DNA of 64,000 nt from an uncultured Bacteroides sp. (GCA_947038155.1 CAMQVH010000013.1:317-64316); one strand, 5' to 3'. Numbered from the stretch's first letter, positions 20,641 through 29,991 are shown. Notes: generated by a model not told the origin, from the letters alone. Made by a program: numbers and translations.

Positions 20641-20691
20641 AAAAAGAAAAACGGGACACACCTCTTTTATATAGAAAAAGGCTATGTCCCG
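20641..20691 (-). terminator. Probable intrinsic terminator after lacI
   Basis: CGGGACA (20652-20658) pairs with TGTCCCG (20685-20691); T-rich run follows on the minus strand. Confidence 0.5.
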
Positions 20692-20721
20692 CAAATTATA
20701 CCTTCCGAGAAGGTCAAAGTT

Positions 20722-21759
20722 TCAACTCGTCTTTCTAAGAGACGATTCCCTGATATTCAGTTTTGCATCCAGGATGATTGATTTCGAGGGCATTTTATCG
20801 TCATTATTGATATTATGCTTGATTTGCTCCAATAACAACTGTGCTGCATTCCTCCCCATTTCAAAAGTCGGCTGCTCCACACTAGTCAAGTTAGGTTCCA
20901 CAATAAATGCTTCCTTTGATTCGGAGAAACCGACTACTGCTATATCCTCCGGGATTCTAATCCTGTTTTTTTGAAGAGTTTTCATCGCCCCTATCGCCAC
21001 CGGATCATTCACTGCAAAGATTCCATCCGGCAATTTTTCCATTTCAAGAATCTGGTGGGCAGCCATTATCCCTTTTTCCATCATTATTCCACAATCGATA
21101 ATCAAAGCCTCGTCAACCGGCAATCCATACTTTCGCAAGGCATCCATATAGCCGCTCTTACGTTTCTGCGCAATGAGCAAATCTTCAGAACCCGCCAAAT
21201 GGACGATCCGCGTGCATCCTTGCCGTATCAAATGCTCGACCGCAGAAAAAGCCCACTTATAATCATCAATAACCACATAGGGAGCATTCAATTCCGCACA
21301 AATCCGATTGAAGAAAACCACGGGGAAATGATTCCGAATCAAATCAGAGAAGTAACTGATGTTTTCTGATTCCTGGGTAACCGAAATCAGAAAGCCATCC
21401 ACCATCTGCGCTTCCAACGCCTGCATATTCCGCAATTCATTCTCATGCGACTCATTAGACTGCATAATCAACACATGATATCCTTCAGGATTGAGCACAC
21501 TCTGAATGCCCATAATTACCTCGGAAAAGAAGGAATTGACAAATTCAGGTACAATCACTCCGATAAACATAGACTGGCTCTGTTTCAGACTCAACGAAAT
21601 CGGATTCGGCTTATAATTCCACTTTTCCGCAAGCTCCAGAACCGCTTTGCGCGTTTCCGGGTTGACATCCCATTTATCACACAAAGCTCTGGAAACAGTA
21701 GAAGTCGAAATCTTCAGCTCCTTGGCTAAATCCTTGATAGTCACTCTTAATTTACTCAT
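20722..21759 (-). CDS. LacI-family transcriptional regulator
   Basis: VTIKDLAKELKISTSTVSRAL HTH, YKPN hinge, IPEDIAVVGFS and LTSVEQP effector-domain motifs. Confidence 0.95.
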   Translation of the reverse strand: MSKLRVTIKDLAKELKISTSTVSRALCDKWDVNPETRKAVLELAEKWNYKPNPISLSLKQSQSMFIGVIVPEFVNSFFSEVIMGIQSVLNPEGYHVLIMQSNESHENELRNMQALEAQMVDGFLISVTQESENISYFSDLIRNHFPVVFFNRICAELNAPYVVIDDYKWAFSAVEHLIRQGCTRIVHLAGSEDLLIAQKRKSGYMDALRKYGLPVDEALIIDCGIMMEKGIMAAHQILEMEKLPDGIFAVNDPVAIGAMKTLQKNRIRIPEDIAVVGFSESKEAFIVEPNLTSVEQPTFEMGRNAAQLLLEQIKHNINNDDKMPSKSIILDAKLNIRESSLRKTS

Positions 21760-21841
21760 AGTCTAATCCCCTTTCTTAAAAATTGCCCGAATATAATCAA
21801 ATTCCCGTGATTGAGATGTTAAAACTCCAAGAGTTTAATTT

Positions 21842-21867
21842 CGGTAACGTTTGCGGTAACGTTCCCG
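21842..21867. promoter_or_regulatory. Two overlapping LacI-type operators
   Basis: CGGTAACGTTTGCG (21842-21855) and CGGTAACGTTCCCG (21854-21867), each with the AACGTT core, between divergent lacI and symporter. Confidence 0.7.
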
Positions 21868-21911
21868 ATGATTTATATTCCGAATTGCTTGTTTATCTGT
21901 AGAATCGAAAA

Positions 21912-21919
21912 TATATTTG
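21912..21919 (+). promoter_or_regulatory. Sigma-A -7 element (TATATTTG) for the symporter
   Basis: TAnnTTTG about 50 bp upstream of ATG 21971. Confidence 0.6.
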
Positions 21920-21970
21920 CCGTCGGCTTTGAGGTTTTTCAAGCCTGTTTTGTTAACTAAATCATTTGAT

Positions 21971-23650
21971 ATGACTACTCTTGACATCATTACTATCGTA
22001 CTATTTTCCCTTGGAGTTGTCCTCGTCGGACTGGCTTTCTCCAGAAAAGGTAAAAGCATGCAATCTTTCTTTGCCGCCAACGGAACCATGCCGTGGTATA
22101 TGAGCGGACTGTCCCTGTTTATGGGATTTTTCTCTGCCGGCACATTCGTCGTATGGGGTTCCATTGCTTACTCCATGGGCTGGGTTTCAATTACCATCCA
22201 ATGGACAATGGCTGTCGCCGGTCTCATTGTCGGAATGCTTATTGCCCCCAAATGGCATAAAACGGGAACGCTCACGGCAGCAGAATACATACACAAAAGA
22301 TTAGGAAAGTCGACACAGAAGATATACACTTACTTGTTCTTGTCTATCTCCGTGTTTCTTACGGCCTCTTTCCTCTATCCGGTTGCTAAAATATTAGAAG
22401 TTTCCACCGGACTACCTTTAAATACCTGCATTTTACTATTAGGCGGACTATGTATTTTGTATGTCTCCGCAGGCGGATTATGGGCTGTTATCTCCACAGA
22501 CGTACTTCAGTTCGTCATCCTGACAGCGGCAGTTATTATCGTAGTTCCTTTATCTTTCGACAAAATCAATGGAGTGACCGCCTTGATAGAGCAGGTGCCC
22601 GACACATTCTATAATCTTCTGAACGATGAATATACTTTTGGCTTCCTGATAGCCTTCGGTGTCTACAACACAATATTCCTGGGCGGCAACTGGGCATACG
22701 TGCAGCGCTATACCTGTGTCAAGACACAAAATGACTCCAGGAAAGTAGGTTATCTGTTCGGCGCTTTATACATCATCAGCCCGGTGTTATGGATGCTCCC
22801 ACCAATGGTTTACAGGGTATATGATCCTTCTCTCTCATTGCTTGACGCAGAAGGGGCATACCTGATGATGTGTAAGGAAGTTCTTCCGAACGGACTTTTG
22901 GGATTAATGATCGGCGGTATGATTTTCGCAACTACCAGTGCGCTGAACTCAAAACTGAATATTGCTTCGGGAGTCATCACCAATGATATATTCAAAAATC
23001 TAAGACCGAAAAGTTCCGACCGTACTCTGATGTATGTTGCAAGAATCTCGACGATTCTTTTCGGAGCACTCAGTATACTGATAGCTATGCTTATTCCTAA
23101 AATGGGGGGAGTTGTAAATGTGGTTATCAGCTTGGCGGCATTGACAGGTGTTCCTTTATATCTGCCCATCATCTGGACGCTATTTTCCAAAAGGCAGACT
23201 TCGGCTTCGAATATCACCACTACTTTATTGAGCCTGGTTGTCAATGGTTTATTCAAATTCATCACTCCGCTGATGGGCTTCTCCCTCAATCGTGCCGAGG
23301 AGATGATTCTCGGGGTTACTTTCCCGATTGTATGCCTGGCAATCTTTGAGATATATTATAAGGTAAAGAACAAGGAGTCTGAAAAGTATCAATCTTACTT
23401 GGTCTGGAATAAAGAAAACAATGCCCGGAAATTAAAAGAAATCGAAGAAAATGAATCGGCAGAGAAAGCGGGAAATAATTTCAGCAAACGGGTGATCGGT
23501 TATGGTATTTTCGCTTCCGGAGCCGGTATTGCGATATTGGGCGGCATGGCGGATAACGGACAGAGACTTATCATCACAACAGGCGTCGTTTTTGCCCTGC
23601 TCGGGTTACTGATGACAAGGAATCCAAAAAGGCAAGAAAAGAAAATATAG
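21971..23650 (+). CDS. Sodium:solute symporter (SSS family)
   Basis: Many TM helices; SFFAANGTMPWYMSGLS, GGLWAVISTDVLQF, YVQRY, GLLGLMIGGMIFATTS. Start set at the ATG at 21971 rather than the upstream TTG. Confidence 0.9.
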   Translation: MTTLDIITIVLFSLGVVLVGLAFSRKGKSMQSFFAANGTMPWYMSGLSLFMGFFSAGTFVVWGSIAYSMGWVSITIQWTMAVAGLIVGMLIAPKWHKTGTLTAAEYIHKRLGKSTQKIYTYLFLSISVFLTASFLYPVAKILEVSTGLPLNTCILLLGGLCILYVSAGGLWAVISTDVLQFVILTAAVIIVVPLSFDKINGVTALIEQVPDTFYNLLNDEYTFGFLIAFGVYNTIFLGGNWAYVQRYTCVKTQNDSRKVGYLFGALYIISPVLWMLPPMVYRVYDPSLSLLDAEGAYLMMCKEVLPNGLLGLMIGGMIFATTSALNSKLNIASGVITNDIFKNLRPKSSDRTLMYVARISTILFGALSILIAMLIPKMGGVVNVVISLAALTGVPLYLPIIWTLFSKRQTSASNITTTLLSLVVNGLFKFITPLMGFSLNRAEEMILGVTFPIVCLAIFEIYYKVKNKESEKYQSYLVWNKENNARKLKEIEENESAEKAGNNFSKRVIGYGIFASGAGIAILGGMADNGQRLIITTGVVFALLGLLMTRNPKRQEKKI

Positions 23651-23720
23651 GCTGATATATCGAGATTCTCGTTTAATGCTTATCTTTGTCTATATTTCAT
23701 TTACAAAACAGCCGTACATC

Positions 23721-23876
23721 ATGGATATGAATTTCAGAAGATACCCGATAGGAATATAGAATTTCGAACTGCTGCGCAATGACAATTACGTATATGTGGA
23801 TAAAATGCCTTTAGTTTATAAATTGGCGAATACCAATACAACTTATTTTCTGAGCCGCCCCCGATGTTTTGGAAAA
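23721..23876 (+). pseudogene. 5' remnant of an AAA-ATPase-like/PD-(D/E)XK nuclease gene
   Basis: MDMNFRRYPIGI*NFELLRNDNYVYVDKMPLVYKLANTNTTYFLSRPRCFGK aligns with the 45591 ORF (YPIGIQNF...YIDKT...RPRRFGKS). TAG at 23757 replaces Gln. Truncated in the Walker A motif. TATCTTTG promoter box at 23681. Confidence 0.85.
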
Positions 23877-23882
23877 ATTCTC

Positions 23883-23992
23883 AAACTTTTCTCATAGTAT
23901 TGAGAAAAGTTTCTCACCACGATGAGAAAAAATACTCATCGCTATGAGAAAATATTCCCATAGTGATGAGAATTAATTCTCATCACTATGAG
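23883..23992. repeat. Array of five 14-bp palindromic cores (CTCAT-N4-ATGAG) at an exact 22-bp period
   Basis: Cores start at 23891, 23913, 23935, 23957 and 23979, separated by 8-bp A/T linkers; perfect 32-bp palindrome at 23959-23990. Confidence 0.9.
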
Positions 23993-24008
23993 TATTTCCC
24001 TCACTAAT

Positions 24009-24443
24009 CTACCAATCATATTTGTCTATATAATCATCAAATACAGGCTTTGACTTAATTCCGTGCTTGCGGAAAATAGCGGCTATCTGCTCCTGTTCAA
24101 CCGGATGCAACAGCCGTTCCTTATTAAGGATACGATAATACATGCTGCGTCCCATCAATGAATATATTTCTTTATGTATGGCAATGGCCGTAGCGTGTGG
24201 AATGTCATCCAGCAAATGGCTCATTCCGGCGGCAAAGCGTGTGGTTTCATTTAATTTAAAAAAGTCACAATTATTCTCATTTCCAGCTATGTGTTGCGGA
24301 TTGACTGTCGTATAGTAAGGAAGTTTTTGTGAAATATCGAGTGCGACCTGATAACGAAGACATTTGCCACGACGAGGACATTTATCATGATTGCAATATA
24401 AAAAACTCTTAGGAACATCATTGTAACCAATCTTTTTATTCAT
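24009..24443 (-). CDS. DUF6078-like small Cys-rich protein
   Basis: VP..FLYC-x4-C-x5-CLRY...C.FF, MYYR, LLHPVEQEQI..IF, PVFD.Y...YDW end match my recollection of this Bacteroidales family. Confidence 0.7.
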   Translation of the reverse strand: MNKKIGYNDVPKSFLYCNHDKCPRRGKCLRYQVALDISQKLPYYTTVNPQHIAGNENNCDFFKLNETTRFAAGMSHLLDDIPHATAIAIHKEIYSLMGRSMYYRILNKERLLHPVEQEQIAAIFRKHGIKSKPVFDDYIDKYDW

Positions 24444-24506
24444 AAATACATTGTTTTTTTAAACCTATTAAAATACTTTTTTATCTCTATTTTGACAATA
24501 CAGTTT

Positions 24507-25214
24507 TTATTCCGCCATCGCCAGCGTCAATATACTAATCCGTATTCCTTCTATACCGGTCAGACAAGACGCACATTCCACGGTGGTGGCCCCGGTAGTC
24601 AACACATCATCTACAATCAGAACGTGCTTTCCGGTCAGAGATTGCGCATGATGCAGCTCAAAGATTCCTTCCACATTCTCCCAACGTTCAAAAGAGGATT
24701 TGCGTGTTTGCGTTTCCGTGTTCTTTTGCCGCACTACGGATTCCGTATCAATAGAAATACCTGTTACGGCGGCAATTCCACGGGCTATCCATTCGCTTTG
24801 ATTATAACCACGAATCTGCTGTTTCTTTTTGTGCAACGGCACGGGAAGTATGATGTCAATCCCATCAAAGAAACCGGATGCCAGCAATTCGGCTGCCATA
24901 TAACGCCCCATGATTGCCCCGATGCCTTTTTGTCCGCCGTATTTGAGTTGGTGGAGAATTTGCCGGAAGTCACTTCCCTTCCGGTAAAAGAAGAAAGAGG
25001 TGGCTCGTTCCAAGGGAATCTTTCCCCAAAACTGTTTTTCTACGGGATTGTCTTTTCGAAGATGATAATCTGTGCGTGGGAGATTGATATTGCACATTGT
25101 GCAAAGACATTCTTCACCTTTCGCCAACGGTCTGCCACAAACTATGCAGCAATGGGGAAAGAACAAGGATAAGAATGAACCAAGCCAGTCTTTTATAAGG
25201 AGTGTGTGTTTCAT
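24507..25214 (-). CDS. comF: ComF family protein (double zinc ribbon plus phosphoribosyltransferase domain)
   Basis: CxxC...CxxC, PVPLH..K...RGYNQS, LIVDDVLTTGAT. Confidence 0.9.
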   Translation of the reverse strand: MKHTLLIKDWLGSFLSLFFPHCCIVCGRPLAKGEECLCTMCNINLPRTDYHLRKDNPVEKQFWGKIPLERATSFFFYRKGSDFRQILHQLKYGGQKGIGAIMGRYMAAELLASGFFDGIDIILPVPLHKKKQQIRGYNQSEWIARGIAAVTGISIDTESVVRQKNTETQTRKSSFERWENVEGIFELHHAQSLTGKHVLIVDDVLTTGATTVECASCLTGIEGIRISILTLAMAE

Positions 25215-25249
25215 AATAACAGTAAGGAATTAATAAGGAGACATTCTTT

Positions 25250-26053
25250 CTACATATCTACTGGCGGAACTTCCGCCAGAAGTTTCTGAAATAAAGGATG
25301 CAGGTGTCCGTTCGTAGCTATAATATGGTGCCCTTCAATAAAATGCTCTTCACCATAGAAATTGGTTACGCGTCCGCCCGCTTCCTGCACAATCAAAGCT
25401 GCCGCGGAATAATCCCATTTACCTAGAAAGGCTTCCGCCCAGGCATCAAAACGTCCGATAGCTACATAACAGATTGCGGCAGCGGCTGAACCATTCATAC
25501 GGATACCGCCCACCACTCCATACAACTTATCTATCAGATGGAGAGCTGTCTGTTTATATTGCAGATGATTATAAGGCAATTCCGTGATAACGAACGCATC
25601 TTTCGCGTCCTGAATAGCAGAGACATGAATTTCTTCACCATTCATAAAGGCTTTCCCACCTTGCCAGGCATAAAAACATTCATCCCGGCAAACTTCATAA
25701 ACGACACCCAAAAGAAGTTCGGTACGGTTACGCAAAGCAATACAGACACAGTAGGGAGCCTCATCGTGGATATAGTTCGTGGTTCCATCCAACGGGTCAA
25801 TCACCCAGCAATACGGTTCATCCCGATAGCTGGCAGAGCCTTCTTCAGTTATAAATCCCGCTTCGGGAAGCAAGGCAGAAAGAGCCTTCACCACTCGCAC
25901 TTCGGATTCTTTGTCTACATAAGACACGTAATCATGCGCATGCTTCTCTTCAACACGTTCACGACGGAAGTTCTTCCGTTCTTCTCTCAAAAAATGTCCG
26001 GCGTCAGTTGCAATGCGGCATACCTCGGCTGTAAGTTGTTTTAAATCTAACAT
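25250..26053 (-). CDS. suhB: Inositol monophosphatase family protein
   Basis: EE, WVIDPLDGTTNY, GSAA, WDYSAAALIVQEAGG. Confidence 0.9.
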   Translation of the reverse strand: MLDLKQLTAEVCRIATDAGHFLREERKNFRRERVEEKHAHDYVSYVDKESEVRVVKALSALLPEAGFITEEGSASYRDEPYCWVIDPLDGTTNYIHDEAPYCVCIALRNRTELLLGVVYEVCRDECFYAWQGGKAFMNGEEIHVSAIQDAKDAFVITELPYNHLQYKQTALHLIDKLYGVVGGIRMNGSAAAAICYVAIGRFDAWAEAFLGKWDYSAAALIVQEAGGRVTNFYGEEHFIEGHHIIATNGHLHPLFQKLLAEVPPVDM

Positions 26054-26310
26054 TTCTTCTTTTGTTACTTAGACTACCCACAAATCTATGCCAAAATTAT
26101 CACTTTTTTTGATAGAAGTAAGAGTTTTCCCTGAAAAAGATAAGAACTTTCAATACATAGGATGGAAATTCCGGATATTCTCTTGTTCATTAATATTTAA
26201 AAGAATCCGATTCTGTATTATGCGAACCGGATTTTTTAACATACCTAAGATTTGCTTATTTCACAGAATTTCCCGAATATTGCAGCATAAATACTAATCA
26301 AAAGGGCTTC

Positions 26311-27852
26311 ATGAAAAGAGTCGACTCCGTTATTTCCCTAGTATACTCACTATCTAAATCAGAAAAGAAACACTTCTCCTTGCAGGTCGTCAAAGACAAG
26401 GAAGAGAAGGACTATCTTGTGATTTACGACATTATCACGAAGAGCAAACAGCCTGACGGAAACGCGGTGAAAAAAGAATTTTATAAGCGCAGGCCGAAAG
26501 GTTCTTTTGAAGTATCCATTCAATATTTATATGAGAAACTGGTAGATACATTACTCACATTAAGAAAGAAGAAAGATATCTACTATGATTTGTTGAACGA
26601 CCTATGCAAAGCCCGTATGCTATATGAGCGTTCCCTGTTTGAAGAGTGTTTTGAGATACTGTCCAACACAATAAAGCAGGCGCAATTCTACGAAAACAAT
26701 GAGATTCTGACAATTGCACAAAAACAGGAATTGGAATATTTGCTACGGCTGAACTTCCCCAACATGACAGAGCAGGAACTTTTTCACAAACATTTTATCC
26801 AAAATGAATCGTTAAAGAAAATTCGAAAAATAACGGAGCAATCTTCTCTGCATAATTTATTAAAATACCGTCTCTCTCATATCGGAGCCATACGAACTGC
26901 AAAGCAAAAACAGGATATGAACGACCTTATGGTCAACGAGCTTTATATAGCCGCTTCTTCAGACGCAGAAGGGAATTTTGAATTGACACGAAATCATAAA
27001 CTTTTTCAGGCAAACTATCTAATGGGAGCAGGAGATTACAGAACTGCCCTCAACTCATACAAAGAACTGAATTCTCTATTTGAACAGAACCAACAATTCT
27101 GGTCAAATCCACCGATTTACTATTTGTCAGTACTCGAGGGAGTGCTCGGCAGTCTGCGGTCGGTAGGAAATTACAATGAGATGCCCTATTTTCTGGAGAG
27201 ACTAAGAAAACTAATCGCAGCGGACTCTTCATTGGAGTTTAAAGTGAACGCCACCTGCCTGCTTTTCCAATATGAGTTGTTTCCCTATTTGGACAAAGGT
27301 GATTTTTCCAATTGCACGGAGCTCATGAATCATTATCAGGAGTTACTATACGACAAAGAAGCATGGCTGAGTCCTATACGCAAAAGCGAGCTATTACTCT
27401 ACACTACTCTCATACACATCGGCAACCAAAACTACAAGACCGCGAAGAAATATATAAGCAACGCCATTATAGACCATAATATCAAATACTTGCCGCTAAT
27501 GAGAACGATTCGTCTGGTCCGTCTCATTGCTTACTATGAAACACAAGAATTTGAACTGATAAAGCACGAATCACGTTCCATTACGCGCAGTTTGTCTTCT
27601 CCCAAAGAGCAGACGTTTAAAACAGAACGGATTATTCTATGGTTTCTGAATAAAAGAAACCTCCCTATCCTGCGCAAAGACCGGGAAACCTTTTGGAAAA
27701 AGTTATCTCCGGAAGTTCAGGAATTATATAATAATAAATATGAAAATCAGCTTTTACGCATCTTCGATTTCACAGCATGGATGGAATCGAAAATACGAAA
27801 AGAAAAGCTTTCCGACGTTCTCGGATGGCGTATGATTGCTAAAGAAATCTAA
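26311..27852 (+). CDS. Helical (TPR-like) protein, probable RusR-type regulator of the ribose locus
   Basis: N-terminal LVYSLSKSEKKHF motif, all-helical, no signal peptide; sits directly before tandem ribokinases, as rusR does in the B. thetaiotaomicron rus locus (positional inference). Confidence 0.6.
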   Translation: MKRVDSVISLVYSLSKSEKKHFSLQVVKDKEEKDYLVIYDIITKSKQPDGNAVKKEFYKRRPKGSFEVSIQYLYEKLVDTLLTLRKKKDIYYDLLNDLCKARMLYERSLFEECFEILSNTIKQAQFYENNEILTIAQKQELEYLLRLNFPNMTEQELFHKHFIQNESLKKIRKITEQSSLHNLLKYRLSHIGAIRTAKQKQDMNDLMVNELYIAASSDAEGNFELTRNHKLFQANYLMGAGDYRTALNSYKELNSLFEQNQQFWSNPPIYYLSVLEGVLGSLRSVGNYNEMPYFLERLRKLIAADSSLEFKVNATCLLFQYELFPYLDKGDFSNCTELMNHYQELLYDKEAWLSPIRKSELLLYTTLIHIGNQNYKTAKKYISNAIIDHNIKYLPLMRTIRLVRLIAYYETQEFELIKHESRSITRSLSSPKEQTFKTERIILWFLNKRNLPILRKDRETFWKKLSPEVQELYNNKYENQLLRIFDFTAWMESKIRKEKLSDVLGWRMIAKEI

Positions 27853-28078
27853 AAAGGCAAAGCTGATAATCTAAATTCACAGCGCAAAAACACTTCTTTA
27901 ATTTCCCATTTATCTATTTGTAATTATACAAATCCACGCGATATCATAGCCATAGAAAAACCTTAAAACATAATATCCCATATTAAATATATAATTTGAA
28001 ATTATATAAATGAATTATTAATGTAAAAAACGATGCGTTATTATTCTTTTTATTTGCATCATCTTAATTATTAATATT

Positions 28079-29002
28079 ATGGAAACTATATCTAGCAATC
28101 GACCCAAAATCGTAGTTATCGGAAGCTGTAATACCGATATGGTTGTGAAAGCCAACAGACTACCTGTCCCCGGAGAAACCATTCTAGGTGGAACTTTCTA
28201 TATGAACCCCGGAGGCAAAGGAGCCAATCAAGCTATCGCAGCGGCCCGGTTGGGAGCGGAAGTCACCTTTATCTCTAAAATTGGGTACGATCTATTCGGC
28301 TTGCAAGCTTTGGAAATATACAGATCTGAGAAAATCAATACTGAATTTATATTCACCGATCAGAAAAGTCCGTCAGGAGTAGCGCTTATTTCCGTCGATT
28401 CGTTTGGTGAAAACAGTATTATTGTGGCACCGGGTGCCAGCCGTTCGCTTTCAACAGAAGAAATCAACAAAGCTGAAGAAAAAATCAAGGAAGCTGATAT
28501 TATACTCATGCAACTTGAAGTTCCAATCGATACAGTAGAGTACGCAGCTACTATTGCCAACCGATACGGCAAGAAAGTAATACTCAACCCGGCGCCTGCT
28601 TCTACGTTAAGCAACTCTTTTTTAAATAATGTACATACTATATTGCCTAATCGTATAGAAGCAGAAATGTTATCTGGAATAAAGGTAATGGATGTTGAAA
28701 GTGCGCACCGGGCAGCTGAAGCTATCGGAGAGAAAGGAATAGAAAATGTAGTTATCACTTTGGGAAAAGACGGAGCTTACGTGAAAGAAAAGAACGAATA
28801 TACCATGATTCCTGCCAAAGAAGTAGAAACGATCGACACAACCGGAGCAGGAGATGTATTCTGCGGAGCATTCAGTGTTTATCTATCCCAAGGACATTCG
28901 TTGGCCGAATCCGTAAAATTCGCAAATGCAGCGGCGGCTATTGCCGTCACGCGTATTGGTGCCCAGAGTGCTATCCCATACAAAAGGGAAGTCAACTTAT
29001 AA
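28079..29002 (+). CDS. rbsK: Ribokinase 1 (RusK1-like)
   Basis: GSCNTD, PGGKGANQA, NPAPA, DTTGAGDVF PfkB signatures. Confidence 0.92.
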   Translation: METISSNRPKIVVIGSCNTDMVVKANRLPVPGETILGGTFYMNPGGKGANQAIAAARLGAEVTFISKIGYDLFGLQALEIYRSEKINTEFIFTDQKSPSGVALISVDSFGENSIIVAPGASRSLSTEEINKAEEKIKEADIILMQLEVPIDTVEYAATIANRYGKKVILNPAPASTLSNSFLNNVHTILPNRIEAEMLSGIKVMDVESAHRAAEAIGEKGIENVVITLGKDGAYVKEKNEYTMIPAKEVETIDTTGAGDVFCGAFSVYLSQGHSLAESVKFANAAAAIAVTRIGAQSAIPYKREVNL

Positions 29003-29043
29003 AATAAAGAAAAGCCTAGGTCAATCACATAAATCTGATTCAA

Positions 29044-29979
29044 ATGAAAGTAGTTGTTATTGGAAGTTCAAACATCGACATGGTTGCGCAAGTCAGCCAT
29101 CTCCCGGCACCCGGCGAAACAGTCGGAGATGCAAATTTCATGCAGTCCCTCGGAGGCAAAGGAGCCAACCAAGCTGTGGCGGCAGCCAGGCTTGGCGGCT
29201 CCGTGACATTTGTCACCTCTTTGGGGAATGACATGTATGCGGATATTTTAAAAAATCACTTTAAGAAAGAAGGTATCACCACCGATTACATTATTGATGA
29301 TGTCAATCATCCCACAGGAACCGCACTGATTTTTGTGGCTAACAGTGGTGAGAACTGCATTGCAGTAGCTCCCGGAGCTAACTATTCTTTACTGCCCGGT
29401 TCAATCATCCATTTCTCAGAAGTAATTGACGAAGCCGATATCATCGTCATGCAGGCTGAGATACCCTACGAAACAATTAAAAAAATAGCTCTATCGGCAA
29501 AGCAAAAAGGTAAAAAGGTATTGTTCAATCCTGCACCCGCCTGCCTGATTGATGAAGAACTGATGAAAGCCATTGATATACTAGTCGTCAATGAACTGGA
29601 AGCTTCATTCATCTCAGGAATTGAGTATACAGACAACAATCTCGAAGAAATTGCCGAAACATTGCTGAAAGCGGGTACAAGCAATGTCGTAATCACACTG
29701 GGAAGCCAAGGTGTATATATGAAAAATGCTAAAGCAACCATCCAACTTCCCGGATGTAAAGTAAATGCAATCGATACGATCGCCGCAGGTGACACTTTTT
29801 GCGGCGCATTGGCGGTCGTTTGTGCAAAGAAAGAAATAGATCAGGAAGCGCTCAACTTTGCCAACACTGCGGCAGCCATTGCAGTCACACGTTCGGGTGC
29901 ACAACCGTCTATTCCTACTCTCGATGAAGTGAAATGCTTCATGCAAGAAAAAGAATTAGCCTTATCGTTCAACTTTTAA
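29044..29979 (+). CDS. rbsK: Ribokinase 2 (RusK2-like)
   Basis: GSSNID, LGGKGANQA, NPAPA, DTIAAGDTF. Confidence 0.9.
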   Translation: MKVVVIGSSNIDMVAQVSHLPAPGETVGDANFMQSLGGKGANQAVAAARLGGSVTFVTSLGNDMYADILKNHFKKEGITTDYIIDDVNHPTGTALIFVANSGENCIAVAPGANYSLLPGSIIHFSEVIDEADIIVMQAEIPYETIKKIALSAKQKGKKVLFNPAPACLIDEELMKAIDILVVNELEASFISGIEYTDNNLEEIAETLLKAGTSNVVITLGSQGVYMKNAKATIQLPGCKVNAIDTIAAGDTFCGALAVVCAKKEIDQEALNFANTAAAIAVTRSGAQPSIPTLDEVKCFMQEKELALSFNF

Positions 29980-29991
29980 ATTTAATGAGCC

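Noticed and set aside
21835-22164. 109-aa minus-strand ORF
   Set aside because: It is antisense to the symporter and overlaps its promoter and operators.
23883-23992. CRISPR array
   Set aside because: The period is only 22 bp with 8-bp A/T linkers, there are no unique spacers of CRISPR length, and no cas genes are in the window.
26088-26297. 69-aa ORF between suhB and the RusR-like gene
   Set aside because: It lies in a divergent promoter region and shows no family features.
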